Source: a virus. Taken from it: DNA of 64,000 nt. The translations under genes and the position numbers were made by a program. The notes below the pieces were generated by a model. The model saw only the letters and a list, made by a program, of their open reading frames with translations, was not told where the DNA came from and searched no databases. This document shows positions 51,421 through 61,484 of the stretch, piece by piece. Positions within the stretch are counted from its first letter, which is position 1, and each line of letters begins with the position of its first letter. Location: IMG/VR virus record IMGVR_UViG_3300024520_000049, positions 126,499-190,498 of that record; one strand, given 5' to 3'.

Positions 51421-52973
51421 ATTCTCTGAGGCTCCTTATTATAACTCCGTTCTGGGAAGCTGGAGAGCTCGTTTATAGCTGCCTTACATCGTTGTGTAGG
51501 CAAGATTTTCAGGACTTCCATTGCGTTGTTATCGACGACGGGTCTATTGAAACTCCTCCAGGACCCGCGGCGTTACAGGAATTTCGCGCTGATAGCAGGT
51601 TTACGTTCGTAACCCGTGAGTCTCGCGTAGGGGCGTTGAAGAACTACGTGGACGCGACTGAGTTAATGTCTGCTAGACTCTCGGACAGTAGCGTAATAAC
51701 GGCGATTCATGGGGATGACACTCTTGTGACAACCTCCTCACTTTCTGAGTTCATGGCGCCGTTCGACGACCCGGATTGTTGGTTTGCGTACAGCCGTTTG
51801 CGTCGTGTGTCTAACGGACAAGAGATACCCGAGCACCCTTACGGGTACGGGGGTGAAAGGGAGTGGAAATCCTTAGACTCTGGGGCCTTTCGGTCTGTCG
51901 GCTGGAGAAGTCAGCCGCTACGAGGGTGGCGGTTTGGGCTGTGGAAGCTTTTGGATCAGGCGAGGTTAAAAAACAGCCGTGGTGAGTATTTTGACACAGG
52001 GTCTGACAAGGCGACCGTCTTCCCTATGATGGAGATGAGTGGCATGAACCGCATACGATTTGTACCACAGGCTACGCTTCTTTATAATGATAAGACAGGG
52101 AAGAACGATTATGTTCTTCGGCGCGAGCAGAACAGGCGAGAGAGCCACGAAATTTCACAATTTCCACGCCACCACTTTGTACCTACGATATACGCTAACG
52201 GTAATATAGCTGAGTGCCTTCACCATAAGATAACTGATACGATGCCGGACGTTTTATTTGTGAGTTACTGCACAGATGAGTACACCAGTTTAGCCGATGA
52301 GCTAGTAGAATCCATCAACGCTCAGGGGCTTAGTTATCATATAGAGAAGTGGCCATCAGCAGGCAGCTGGAAGGCCAACAATGTTCAGAGGTTTGTGTTT
52401 TTAATAGACATGTTCAAAAGGTTTCCGAACCGCTCTGTGGTCTGGATAGACTGCGACGCTCAAGTAGTACAGCTCCCGAGTCTATTTGGAGAATATCACA
52501 GGCTTCAGGTGGACATGGCGGCGCATATGTTTGACCGTGCCAAAGGCCGGCGACCATCTGGAGCGTATGTTGTGGACCGCGGAAATAGCTATTACTGCTA
52601 TCGAACTCATGAGGTTCTTCACGGTACAGTATTTTATGGGGCCCATGGGCTTAGACAGGCGTTTATGGAGGACGTTTTGGCCTGGTTCAGTCGGCACCCA
52701 ACTCTGCATGCGAGGTCTCAGCCATACGTGCAGGACACGCTTTTACGCTGGCAGGGTGAGCTTCGTCGATGGAATTTTCTACCAATGCCGATGTCCTATG
52801 TGCAGATCGACGAGGAGCCTAGACTGGACGGGGAAGCAGTAATACTTCATGGTCTTGCTCATCGTAAGCACAAGGCTACTATAGACAAGGATTCCGCGCC
52901 GTTCTGGAAGTGCCCCGGGTGGACACGAGGTACGGAGATAACGAAGAGCCGCATACGCGAGCTCATAGGATGA
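51417..52973 (+). CDS. GT2 glycosyltransferase fused to a nucleotide-diphospho-sugar transferase domain
   Basis: IITPFW..CLTSL..Q...VIDDGS; second domain VVWIDCDA. Confidence 0.85.
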   Translation: MNSLRLLIITPFWEAGELVYSCLTSLCRQDFQDFHCVVIDDGSIETPPGPAALQEFRADSRFTFVTRESRVGALKNYVDATELMSARLSDSSVITAIHGDDTLVTTSSLSEFMAPFDDPDCWFAYSRLRRVSNGQEIPEHPYGYGGEREWKSLDSGAFRSVGWRSQPLRGWRFGLWKLLDQARLKNSRGEYFDTGSDKATVFPMMEMSGMNRIRFVPQATLLYNDKTGKNDYVLRREQNRRESHEISQFPRHHFVPTIYANGNIAECLHHKITDTMPDVLFVSYCTDEYTSLADELVESINAQGLSYHIEKWPSAGSWKANNVQRFVFLIDMFKRFPNRSVVWIDCDAQVVQLPSLFGEYHRLQVDMAAHMFDRAKGRRPSGAYVVDRGNSYYCYRTHEVLHGTVFYGAHGLRQAFMEDVLAWFSRHPTLHARSQPYVQDTLLRWQGELRRWNFLPMPMSYVQIDEEPRLDGEAVILHGLAHRKHKATIDKDSAPFWKCPGWTRGTEITKSRIRELIG

Positions 52974-54439
52974 CCGAAGACAGTTTCAACGTAGCCTGGA
53001 CCGCGGCAATACGGCGCATAGCCTACATCGTACCCGACAGGGAGGAGAAGTTTATCTTCTTCCCCTCAATGAAGGTTTGCTCAAAGAGCGTCATACAGGG
53101 CGTGCTCAAAGACAGAGTAGTAAACTGGAAGGACGGGCCAGGCGAGTGGCGCCAGACTGTTGCCAAGATGACGCCGACGTCCTTCGCAACTGCCCAGAAG
53201 TTCACCATTGTGCGCAACCCGTACGATCGGGCAGTGTCAGCCTTCTTCCACCTGATCAGACTGAAGGTGGTTCCCGAGCATTACTCGTTTAGCCGCTATT
53301 GCGCTGAGTACCTGGCTACTCTGGGCACGGACGCAAATGAGCACTTCCACCCACAGCTGGACGGCCTGCGGCATCCGGACGGTGGCTTCATCGTAGACCA
53401 CATCCTCAGGTTTGAGAACATCCAGGAAGACTGGGCCAAGTTGGCGCAGGTGCTGGGGGTAGACGAAGAGCTGCCCAGGCTGAACAAGGGCGTACCCCGT
53501 AAACCTTTCCAGGAGTATTACACTGATGAGTCCAAAGAGATCGTCAGCAGGCTGTACAAGGAGGACCTTGAAATCTTCGGGTACGGGTTCGACGAGCAGC
53601 CTGTGCCGTGGAGCAGGAAGATCAAGACAGCCAGGAGTAAGTTTGCCGACGATGTCTCATTGGTCATCAAAGCCTTTGAGCGGCCTGCCGCCACCATGAC
53701 ACTGCTGCAGAGCCTGGAGGATCATGGCTACATCGGCAAGGTCGACATAGTGATAGCGGATGACAGCAAGACGCCTGACCTGGATGAGCGGATGCCAGCA
53801 GCTTGGGTCAAGAACATCAGGTACCTGAAGCTTCCCTACGACACAGGCCTTGCGGAAGGTAGGAACGTAGCAGTTCGGGATGTGCACACCCCCTACATGG
53901 TGCTGCTGGATGATGACTACATCGTGGACCGCCCTGATGTGTTTGAGACTATGTTCGACACTATGTTACGCCACTACAAGCACTTGGACATACTCGGGGC
54001 TGGGCTGCGCGAGGGGAACGACAAGGACCCACGTGACAGGATCTACGCCAACTTTAAGACGACCGAGACCGATCTGATGATCATGTACGGGCACCACCAC
54101 CGTATGATGGACAGGGTATGGATGTGTGATGTAGTCGTCAACTTCTTCCTGGCGAGGACGCAGGTAGTGCGAGATGTGGGCTGGACCCCGGAACTGAAGA
54201 TCGGCGGAGAGCACTACGAGTTCTTCTGGCGCGCCAAGAAGGCCGGCGCCCGCGTAGGGTCGCTGCCCAAGCTCACCATACGCCATGAGAGGAAGCGCCC
54301 GGAAGGTTACTGGGACATGCGCTACGGCCGCGCGGTGAAGATGACAGAGCGGTCGCTGGAGCTGATGGGCTTCAAGACCCTCCGAGTCTATCTGAACCAC
54401 GGCGCGTTCCATGTCGGTGGAGGGTTCAAGGTGCAATGA
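52970..54439 (+). CDS. sulfotransferase (family 2) fused to a GT2 domain
   Basis: KFTIVRNPYDRAVSAF, HFHPQ, RFENIQED, LYKEDLEIFGY; IKAFERP, IADDS, GLAEGRN, LLDDD. Confidence 0.85.
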   Translation: MTEDSFNVAWTAAIRRIAYIVPDREEKFIFFPSMKVCSKSVIQGVLKDRVVNWKDGPGEWRQTVAKMTPTSFATAQKFTIVRNPYDRAVSAFFHLIRLKVVPEHYSFSRYCAEYLATLGTDANEHFHPQLDGLRHPDGGFIVDHILRFENIQEDWAKLAQVLGVDEELPRLNKGVPRKPFQEYYTDESKEIVSRLYKEDLEIFGYGFDEQPVPWSRKIKTARSKFADDVSLVIKAFERPAATMTLLQSLEDHGYIGKVDIVIADDSKTPDLDERMPAAWVKNIRYLKLPYDTGLAEGRNVAVRDVHTPYMVLLDDDYIVDRPDVFETMFDTMLRHYKHLDILGAGLREGNDKDPRDRIYANFKTTETDLMIMYGHHHRMMDRVWMCDVVVNFFLARTQVVRDVGWTPELKIGGEHYEFFWRAKKAGARVGSLPKLTIRHERKRPEGYWDMRYGRAVKMTERSLELMGFKTLRVYLNHGAFHVGGGFKVQ

Positions 54440-55260
54440 GCAGCGACGTCCTTTTTGTTAGCTATCACACCCCGAAGTACGCAGCAGCTGCCAATCGTCT
54501 GTCCCGGTCAATGGATAGATTCGATCTCTCTTACGAGGTAGAGGAGCTCCCACCGATCGGGTGCTGGAAGTCCAACTGCATGCAGAGGTTCGAATACCTG
54601 CTGGAGAAGTTCTGGGCGCACCCAGAGCGTGCAGTCGTATGGCTGGACTCTGACGCGGTGGTCATGCACAACCCCTCACTGTTCCAGAAGTACTTCGACC
54701 ACAGGCATAGCATCGACATGAGCTGCGGGTTCGAGCGCCGAAGCAGGAATCCGTATAAGGTAGACAAGTCAGACTACCACTTCTACAGGACATTGGAGCT
54801 GCAGGGCGGGACCATGTATTACGGGCCATCGGAGCGGAGGGAGGAGTTCATGAGCAGGGTGATCAAGCACTGCTACTCTGATCCCAGCCTGCACATACGC
54901 AGCCAGGCCTTCCTCTTCGACATCTTGCTGGAGTACTGGGCCGATCCCACCCGCAGGTGGAGATTTCGGGAACTCCCGCAGACTTATGTGCACGTGCAGG
55001 ACCCGCAGGATCGGCCAGCGCGCGCACGCCGAGCCAGGCAGGACCGCGCCTACGCCCGCCGCGCCGGCGAGCTAAGGAGTCGTCGCTACCCGGCAGTTAG
55101 GAGAAAGAATCCCCAAGTTGTGGTACATTGCCCAAACGACCAGGAGTTTAGAGATTCGCTGGAGCAGGAGTGCCAACCCTTCTGGAAGAGGCCTGGATGG
55201 GTGAGAGGCACACGTTATACTCAGGAGGAAATTGACAATGGTCATTGTCCTATCGTGTAA
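54436..55260 (+). CDS. nucleotide-diphospho-sugar transferase
   Basis: VVWLDSDA; paralog of the C-terminal half of 51417-52973. Confidence 0.75.
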   Translation: MSSDVLFVSYHTPKYAAAANRLSRSMDRFDLSYEVEELPPIGCWKSNCMQRFEYLLEKFWAHPERAVVWLDSDAVVMHNPSLFQKYFDHRHSIDMSCGFERRSRNPYKVDKSDYHFYRTLELQGGTMYYGPSERREEFMSRVIKHCYSDPSLHIRSQAFLFDILLEYWADPTRRWRFRELPQTYVHVQDPQDRPARARRARQDRAYARRAGELRSRRYPAVRRKNPQVVVHCPNDQEFRDSLEQECQPFWKRPGWVRGTRYTQEEIDNGHCPIV

Positions 55261-56251
55261 GAGCTACCCGACAGTCAGACCAGGAGGCATGCTATTTGTC
55301 TGCCAGGATCGGGCGGAGGAGCTTTCTCGGCAAGGCCATGAGGTGCATGTGCTGCTGCCCGGGGTCAGCGGAAAGGTTTACCACCATAACGGGGTGAACA
55401 TCCACGAGGTCGGGGGAAAGATCAAGACCTACTCCATGGAGTTCGCTTGCGGCTGCCGGCAGGTATGCGAGGAGATATCCCCGGACATCGTGCACCTGGA
55501 TGGCGTGCCTGCCCATTGCGGCAGATGGTGGGAGGATCGTCCAGGAGACGCCAAAGTTTACGCGGCCACACTGCACGGCTTCGGCCCAGGAGGGATGCTC
55601 ACACGCTGGAACATGTTTCGTACGGGCGTGGATCGTCGACAGCCGCAGACACTGGAGATGACCCGCTTTGAGTCGGAGATCAAGATCTTTGAGACGTTTG
55701 ATGTGGTGATCGGGGTCAGCCGCGCAGAGCACTGGTACCTGCAGGACATCTACGGCTTGCCCCGCACCAAGCTGGTGTACAATCCCATACCCTCTTACTT
55801 CTTTGAGCCCAGGGTGGAGCGGAAGGCATTTGCCCCGCTGGTCTGTGCTGACCTGACTTCAGCAGCCTGCCGTAACTTTAAGTCAGCACAACGCGTCACT
55901 GACAGCCTTGATCGTAAGGTCCGCATCATCAAAGGGGTGCCGAGAGTAGATATGCCGAAAGTCTTCGATGGCGCCGCAGCTCTGCTGCTGCCCACCTTCT
56001 ACGCGCAAGGCTACGACCTGACAGTGGCCGAAGCCGAAGCCCGGGGGCTACCGATCATCGCCGCCGCGACGGGTAGCTATCTGATGGAGTCATGGGAGCG
56101 CCCGTGGATACGCACCTTCCGTGCTGGAGACGACCAAGCGTTCCGGGAAGCACTCACCAAAGACCTGCCCGCTCCGCCGCCATCAGGCGCGGCAGACCGC
56201 CACCGCCCTGAGGCGCACGTTAAAAACTGGATGGAGGCCCTCGGCTTATGA
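55238..56251 (+). CDS. GT4 (GT-B) glycosyltransferase
   Basis: PGG...AEELSRQGHEVHV; PT..QGYDLTVAEAEARGLPIIA. Confidence 0.85.
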   Translation: MVIVLSCKSYPTVRPGGMLFVCQDRAEELSRQGHEVHVLLPGVSGKVYHHNGVNIHEVGGKIKTYSMEFACGCRQVCEEISPDIVHLDGVPAHCGRWWEDRPGDAKVYAATLHGFGPGGMLTRWNMFRTGVDRRQPQTLEMTRFESEIKIFETFDVVIGVSRAEHWYLQDIYGLPRTKLVYNPIPSYFFEPRVERKAFAPLVCADLTSAACRNFKSAQRVTDSLDRKVRIIKGVPRVDMPKVFDGAAALLLPTFYAQGYDLTVAEAEARGLPIIAAATGSYLMESWERPWIRTFRAGDDQAFREALTKDLPAPPPSGAADRHRPEAHVKNWMEALGL

Positions 56252-56904
56252 TTCCCAAGAAGATCCACTGGTGCTGGTTTGGCCAAGCCGAGCGCAGCCC
56301 GCTTATGGAGAGATGCATGCAGAGTGTGCGTGATGCACACCCCGACCACGAGATAACCCTCTGGACTGACAAGCACGTGTTCGCACTGCCAGCCAGCCAA
56401 CTCCGAGATTACCTGGAGGCTACCCTGAAGGCTGGCAACTTCGCACACACCGCTAACCTGTTCCGAGCCTATGTGCTGTACACCCATGGCGGCATTTACC
56501 TGGACACAGACGTAGAGATACTGCGACCCCTCGACCCGCTGCTGGGCCAGGAAGCGTTCTTTGGCGCCCAGCACCCGGTGTCCTTGAGCCGCGGTCGGAT
56601 TAACAACGCGGTGATGGGCGCTGTACCCAAGCACCGGAGCATGAAGTACGTTATGGCGCTGACCTGCTACAAGTGTCAACCGACCCAGAAGCCAAATCAG
56701 GGCGGCCCTCACATAATCACAGAGGTGCTGGATGATATGGCAGAAGGCTGCGTCCGCTATTGTGGTGTGTTCAGCAACAAGGAGTTTACGATCTACCCCC
56801 CGGAGTATTTCTACCCGTACCCGTTTGGGGGCACGCTCACCACAGACTGCCTGACGATGGAGACTTACTGTGTCCATCACTGGGCTCACACCTGGAAGAA
56901 GTAG
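56248..56904 (+). CDS. GT32 (OCH1-like, DxD) glycosyltransferase
   Basis: MIPKKIHWCWFG, LYTHGGIYLDTDVE, HHWAHTW. Confidence 0.9.
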   Translation: MIPKKIHWCWFGQAERSPLMERCMQSVRDAHPDHEITLWTDKHVFALPASQLRDYLEATLKAGNFAHTANLFRAYVLYTHGGIYLDTDVEILRPLDPLLGQEAFFGAQHPVSLSRGRINNAVMGAVPKHRSMKYVMALTCYKCQPTQKPNQGGPHIITEVLDDMAEGCVRYCGVFSNKEFTIYPPEYFYPYPFGGTLTTDCLTMETYCVHHWAHTWKK

Positions 56905-56907
56905 CTC

Positions 56908-57729
56908 ATGGTACGTAATCTAGCCTACTTCCTATTTCCGCGCAGCGGCAGCAACTGGCAGGAGGCTGTCGCAGAGCTGCTGCCTCATATGCATAAGTTC
57001 AACGGCCGCAGGATAATAACCGTGGCAGAGGACGATAGCACGGACGAGCTGTCTGAGGTGGTGGAAGCGTTCCAGGGCGTCAGAGCAGAGTTTGCAGCTG
57101 TCGTGAACGACCGCCGGCTGGGTGAGATGCCGCACTTCCTCGACGCGCTTGACCGCATGGATGACGGGCGGGAGGGCATAACACTGTACGCCCACGCCAA
57201 GGGTGTGAGCTATCTGGCTGACGGCAAGTACGTGGAGGCAATTGGAGGGCCAGGCTCCCCAGAGCGGATGCGCAACATATGCAAGTGGCGGCAGCGTATG
57301 CTCACACACCTCACGGACATACCCAAGGTACAGCGGGCATTTGATGAGGGCTTTGATAGCGTGGGCTGCTTCAAGGTCCCCGAGATCATCCGTAAAGATG
57401 AATGGGTGCATTGGCATTACTCCGGCACCTTCTTCTGGTTCCGCAACTCCGCGGTGTTCCATCACCCAGAGTGGCGGGAGATCTACCCCGTGAGGAACGG
57501 CACAGAGTTCTATCTGCAGAGACTGATACCGACAGAGGCGGCGGCTTGTCTATATGTCGACTTCCGCAAGGACGCCCCACTACCAGCGCCACCGCCGTGG
57601 CGGGAGGACTTTGACAATGCCAAGGATCAGAAGTACGCTGATTTCGCCTGGTGGTGGGACGTCTACCACTGGACAGATGAAGACTGGGAAAACTGGGATA
57701 GACTTTATGAAGATCGCTCACCGAAGTAA
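56908..57729 (+). CDS. glycosyltransferase-like protein
   Basis: LYAHAKGVS, WHYSGTFFWFR. Confidence 0.6.
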   Translation: MVRNLAYFLFPRSGSNWQEAVAELLPHMHKFNGRRIITVAEDDSTDELSEVVEAFQGVRAEFAAVVNDRRLGEMPHFLDALDRMDDGREGITLYAHAKGVSYLADGKYVEAIGGPGSPERMRNICKWRQRMLTHLTDIPKVQRAFDEGFDSVGCFKVPEIIRKDEWVHWHYSGTFFWFRNSAVFHHPEWREIYPVRNGTEFYLQRLIPTEAAACLYVDFRKDAPLPAPPPWREDFDNAKDQKYADFAWWWDVYHWTDEDWENWDRLYEDRSPK

Positions 57730-58264
57730 TTACCCGCACTTGCTCGACGCACTCAAGCTGAAGGTTGGGGTGGAGGTAGGAGTGCAGTACGGACTGTTCT
57801 CTGATCACATCCTCCACCACAGCAGCATAGACACGCTGTATAGCGTGGACCCGTGGATGATGTTCAGTCAAGAGGACTATCAGGATATGGGCAATGTCAC
57901 CCAGCGGGAGCAGGATAGCCGCTATCTGTACGCAGTTACTCAGCTGCGCCGGCATCAGTACCGGAGTGTGATCGTGCGGCGCACCTCAGAGGAGGCTGCC
58001 ACGATCTTGGCTGATCACATGATGGATTTCGTGTACATCGATGCCAACCACTCCTATGAGCAGTGCCGGCATGACCTAGAGCTGTGGTGGCCAAAGCTCC
58101 GGCCTGGTGGGCTGTTCTCTGGGCATGATTACGTGGATGGCAAATTCTCTGCGGGCGACTTCGGGGTGAAGAGCGCAGTTGACGAGTTTGTGGGGCGGGA
58201 GCAGCTCAAGCTCTACGTGACGGATGAAGAGTGGCCGACCTGGTACGCTCTAAAGGGCGGATGA
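57707..58264 (+). CDS. class I SAM methyltransferase (Methyltransf_24-like)
   Basis: GVEVGVQYG, VDPW, DFVYIDANHSYE, PGGLFSGHDY. Confidence 0.9.
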   Translation: MKIAHRSNYPHLLDALKLKVGVEVGVQYGLFSDHILHHSSIDTLYSVDPWMMFSQEDYQDMGNVTQREQDSRYLYAVTQLRRHQYRSVIVRRTSEEAATILADHMMDFVYIDANHSYEQCRHDLELWWPKLRPGGLFSGHDYVDGKFSAGDFGVKSAVDEFVGREQLKLYVTDEEWPTWYALKGG

Positions 58265-59049
58265 CCGTGGCAAGCAGCAACACCCTCCTGTGTCTGGTCT
58301 GTGGTTTCGCGCATGGCGGCACCACCATGCTTGGGGAGCTCCTCCGCCAGCACCCGCGCGTGGATGGGCGCTTCGAAGCAGGCCTGCTCCTGGGGGAACG
58401 ACCGAAGGACTTCACAGGTGTGCAGTGCTTCCCCAGGTTCGTCCGGCGCTGTTGGGGTGTTGATGATGGGGGCATGCGCCGACTCACCAGCTGCCAGACG
58501 TTCCCGGAGATGTACGATACTCTGCGGGAGGTGAGCAATCTGGAGGATAAGACAGTCCAGATCTACGACAAAGCGCCAGTTTACATGTACGAGCTCGCAA
58601 AGATAATGGCGAAGACCGATGTGCCTGTTGTGGTAACAGTAAAGGATCCCAGGGCTATTCTGCTCAGCAACTTACGGCGACACGCCACGGCGCCGCTGGA
58701 GAAGACGGCGCTATCCCTGGATCCCTGGACTCGTGGCTATGAGCATGCCCAGCGCACCTACGGGGATCGCATCCTCCTGGTCAGGAACGAGCACCTCTGC
58801 CTGGAGCCGCTCAAGTATGGGAAGCAGATCTATGACTTCCTGGGGCTGGAGTGGAAGGACGAGTATGTTGAGCTGCGCTCTGTTTACCCACTGCACGACA
58901 ACATCTACGGTAATGAGGACGGGGGAGGCAGTTCTCGGGGCATTGCGTCTGACCGGCTGACGGAGTGGAAGGAGTTGCTACCCGCTGAAGATGTGGAGAT
59001 TTTCCAGGGTTTGCTGCAGGACAGCAGACGGTGGTGCTGGAATCCGTAA
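58261..59049 (+). CDS. sulfotransferase (family 3-like)
   Basis: CGFAHGGTTML..LL..HP, DKAP, KDPRA. Confidence 0.8.
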   Translation: MTVASSNTLLCLVCGFAHGGTTMLGELLRQHPRVDGRFEAGLLLGERPKDFTGVQCFPRFVRRCWGVDDGGMRRLTSCQTFPEMYDTLREVSNLEDKTVQIYDKAPVYMYELAKIMAKTDVPVVVTVKDPRAILLSNLRRHATAPLEKTALSLDPWTRGYEHAQRTYGDRILLVRNEHLCLEPLKYGKQIYDFLGLEWKDEYVELRSVYPLHDNIYGNEDGGGSSRGIASDRLTEWKELLPAEDVEIFQGLLQDSRRWCWNP

Positions 59050-59218
59050 AAAATAAGTACTTGTATTGTAGACACTTAGATGTTCAAGTACCCCATTGTA
59101 AAGCCTTGACCCGGTTGACGAAGCTGACCAACCGTTGTATTTTATAGTAGGAAAAACGAACCCGCCAGATCAACGAATCCCGACGCCAATACCAACACGG
59201 GATAAGTGTGCACAGACT

Positions 59219-59572
59219 ATGACTCAGATTAAAACCATCCTCGTCCTCGACGACTGGAACTCCCTTCGCAAGCTCCTCTGCAGTCTTCTCGACCGTAGAG
59301 GGTTCTTCTCTATCGGCTCCGCCTCTGTAGAGGACGCCGAATCCATCCTCAGCCACGTCCAGGTGGACCTTGCCATCCTGGACTTCCAACTCGAGTACGG
59401 CACCAGCGAACCACTGTTCGAGCTCCTTTACGAGCGCCGTATCCCCTTCGTGATCCACACAGGCGATGTCGTTGCAGCCAGAGATGTTGCAGCGGACCTG
59501 GCCATGGAGATCTGGGAGAAGGGCATCACCGGCAGGGAGATTATCCACCGGGTTCAGGGAATTCTGCGTTAA
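59219..59572 (+). CDS. stand-alone response-regulator receiver domain
   Basis: ILVLDD, AILD, HTG and EK conserved positions. Confidence 0.8.
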   Translation: MTQIKTILVLDDWNSLRKLLCSLLDRRGFFSIGSASVEDAESILSHVQVDLAILDFQLEYGTSEPLFELLYERRIPFVIHTGDVVAARDVAADLAMEIWEKGITGREIIHRVQGILR

Positions 59573-59650
59573 TCGCCGCGGCTGTCGGTTGTAGGCGCGT
59601 CCACCCGCGCCTATATTACGGAGATAGTTCCACACTCAAAGGAGTAACTT

Positions 59651-60409
59651 ATGGGTTTCCCGCATTCATTTTTTCGCCGGAACAAGGGTATCTTTGTCCC
59701 AGTAGTCCAACAATCATCGTACTTCAATCCATCAGGCGTTGTTACTACAGGTTTAAGAAAACTTGACAGCGGCCTGCAACACGGCGCACAAGACTGGTCG
59801 TATTTTGGCTGGGTTAAATTTGAAGATTTTGCCTATAACACTGGTGGTGGTACTAATGCCGCTATCGTGGCAAAAACATCTGGCGCCGACGAAATGATGC
59901 TTGCAGTCCATCAAACCACCGGCTTTACTTTCAGCATATGGAGTAGCCTGAGTCCTGTGTCAATCTCGTCAACAGTCTCCCCCAGCACTGGTGTGTGGTA
60001 TAATTGCTACATCGAATACGACAATTCTTCCGGCGACATGGGAATGTCTATTCAGAATGAGGCTTTAGTACAAGCAGCTTCGAGCGCCTCGGACACCGAA
60101 GCTTCCTATCTCAAATTTAATCAATGGCTTGCCTCCGACGGCGAAAGTAGGGCAAAATACTCACAGTGGGGCAGGTGGAACAGGAAACTTACGCCAGCAG
60201 AAAGACTCATTCTTAACGGTGACGGCAAGGGGAAACTCCACGCCACCTTACCACCCGCGCTGCTTTCCGGCTTACTTGCATACTGGAACATGGATGAAGA
60301 CGATACATTCGGCGTTGCTACTTCCCGTATTGACAGTCACGGCACCTACGACATGGAAGAAATAGGCTCTGGCGCTAAGGGCGAAGCATCTTCAGACGTA
60401 CCAAATTAA
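59651..60409 (+). CDS. LamG/concanavalin A-like protein, probably virion
   Basis: WSYFGWVKF, TGVWYN, WNRKLT, GLLAYWNMDE. Confidence 0.7.
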   Translation: MGFPHSFFRRNKGIFVPVVQQSSYFNPSGVVTTGLRKLDSGLQHGAQDWSYFGWVKFEDFAYNTGGGTNAAIVAKTSGADEMMLAVHQTTGFTFSIWSSLSPVSISSTVSPSTGVWYNCYIEYDNSSGDMGMSIQNEALVQAASSASDTEASYLKFNQWLASDGESRAKYSQWGRWNRKLTPAERLILNGDGKGKLHATLPPALLSGLLAYWNMDEDDTFGVATSRIDSHGTYDMEEIGSGAKGEASSDVPN

Positions 60410-60421
60410 AGGGGTATAATT

Positions 60422-60529
60422 ATGGCATTAGCAATGGCAGTAGTGAAGTTTTTGGGTACCCGGCGCAACCTCGTCACGGAAGATAGCATCGAGCTGCTCA
60501 CTGAGAGTGGTGAAGAGATAATGTATTAA
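60422..60529 (+). CDS. 35-aa peptide with an LLTESG motif
   Basis: AAGGGG site; LVTEDSIELLTESGEEI resembles small virion-associated motifs. Confidence 0.5.
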   Translation: MALAMAVVKFLGTRRNLVTEDSIELLTESGEEIMY

Positions 60530-60540
60530 GGAGATCAACC

Positions 60541-61344
60541 ATGGCTAAGAAAATATCAGAACTCGCAACACTCGGCTCCCCGACAACGGCCGCAGAGGTT
60601 GCTGTTATCCAGAGCGGTGTGACCTACAAGGTCGCGCTTGGCGCACTGCCCATCGGCCCCGTGCTGCAGGAAGACACGACAGTAAATTTCACCAGTACAG
60701 ATTCAGTCGCTGAGATGCAGGCGCTGATCAACGCGCAGCCGAAGAACCTGGGCGGGTATACCCTGACGTTCCAATTCGGCAATGGCACCTATGCCCTCGG
60801 CAGCGGAGCTGTGAGTATATTGTTTGCGAGCTTTTTCGGCGGCAGGCTGATCATCCAAGGGAACCGTTCTGAAACGAACGCCAACGACCTGCACACGACA
60901 CAGGACGTGATACTGTCTGGCGCGAGCCTCGGCGATCATGTGATTGAGGTTCTGAGATGTAATTGCTCAAATGTGTTCGTCCAAAATCTTCGAGTAGACT
61001 ATGACGCATCGGCCAGTAAGAACGGCATCGCCATCCTTTACTGCCCTGGCTACAATGATGTCCGGTACAATTACTGTTTGGGCGACTCCACCTCCGGAAG
61101 CGGCGCAGGTATTGAGTTCTTCCGTGCTGGGACAGCCTACGCTCAGGAGAATTACGTGTCGCAAGGTGCCTATGGTATACAGGCAGCCGACAGCGTAAAC
61201 CTGACGTCTGTAAACAATGACGACACTGGCACCCAGCCGGGGTACGGGCTGCAAGCACAGAGCGCGACAATATTCAAAAACGGTACACAGCCTGCTGGCA
61301 GTACAGCTAACGAACTCGTCTCTAGCGGCGGCCAAATACTCTAG
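60541..61344 (+). CDS. tail fibre / beta-helix (pectin lyase-like) protein
   Basis: KKISEL...TYKV head; IQALINAQPKNL-like segment; G/N-rich beta-helix pattern. Confidence 0.65.
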   Translation: MAKKISELATLGSPTTAAEVAVIQSGVTYKVALGALPIGPVLQEDTTVNFTSTDSVAEMQALINAQPKNLGGYTLTFQFGNGTYALGSGAVSILFASFFGGRLIIQGNRSETNANDLHTTQDVILSGASLGDHVIEVLRCNCSNVFVQNLRVDYDASASKNGIAILYCPGYNDVRYNYCLGDSTSGSGAGIEFFRAGTAYAQENYVSQGAYGIQAADSVNLTSVNNDDTGTQPGYGLQAQSATIFKNGTQPAGSTANELVSSGGQIL

Positions 61345-61484
61345 GAGTACTGCCAGGCCGCCGCTACCGGAGTTGCGTGTAAGCTGACCTCCGGACGCTA
61401 TAGTCTGGGCGTGGGTTGCATTGCGCTCCCGCCAAGACTATATTCAGACATTACATCTACTTATGCATAAGAAGGAGTACTCTA

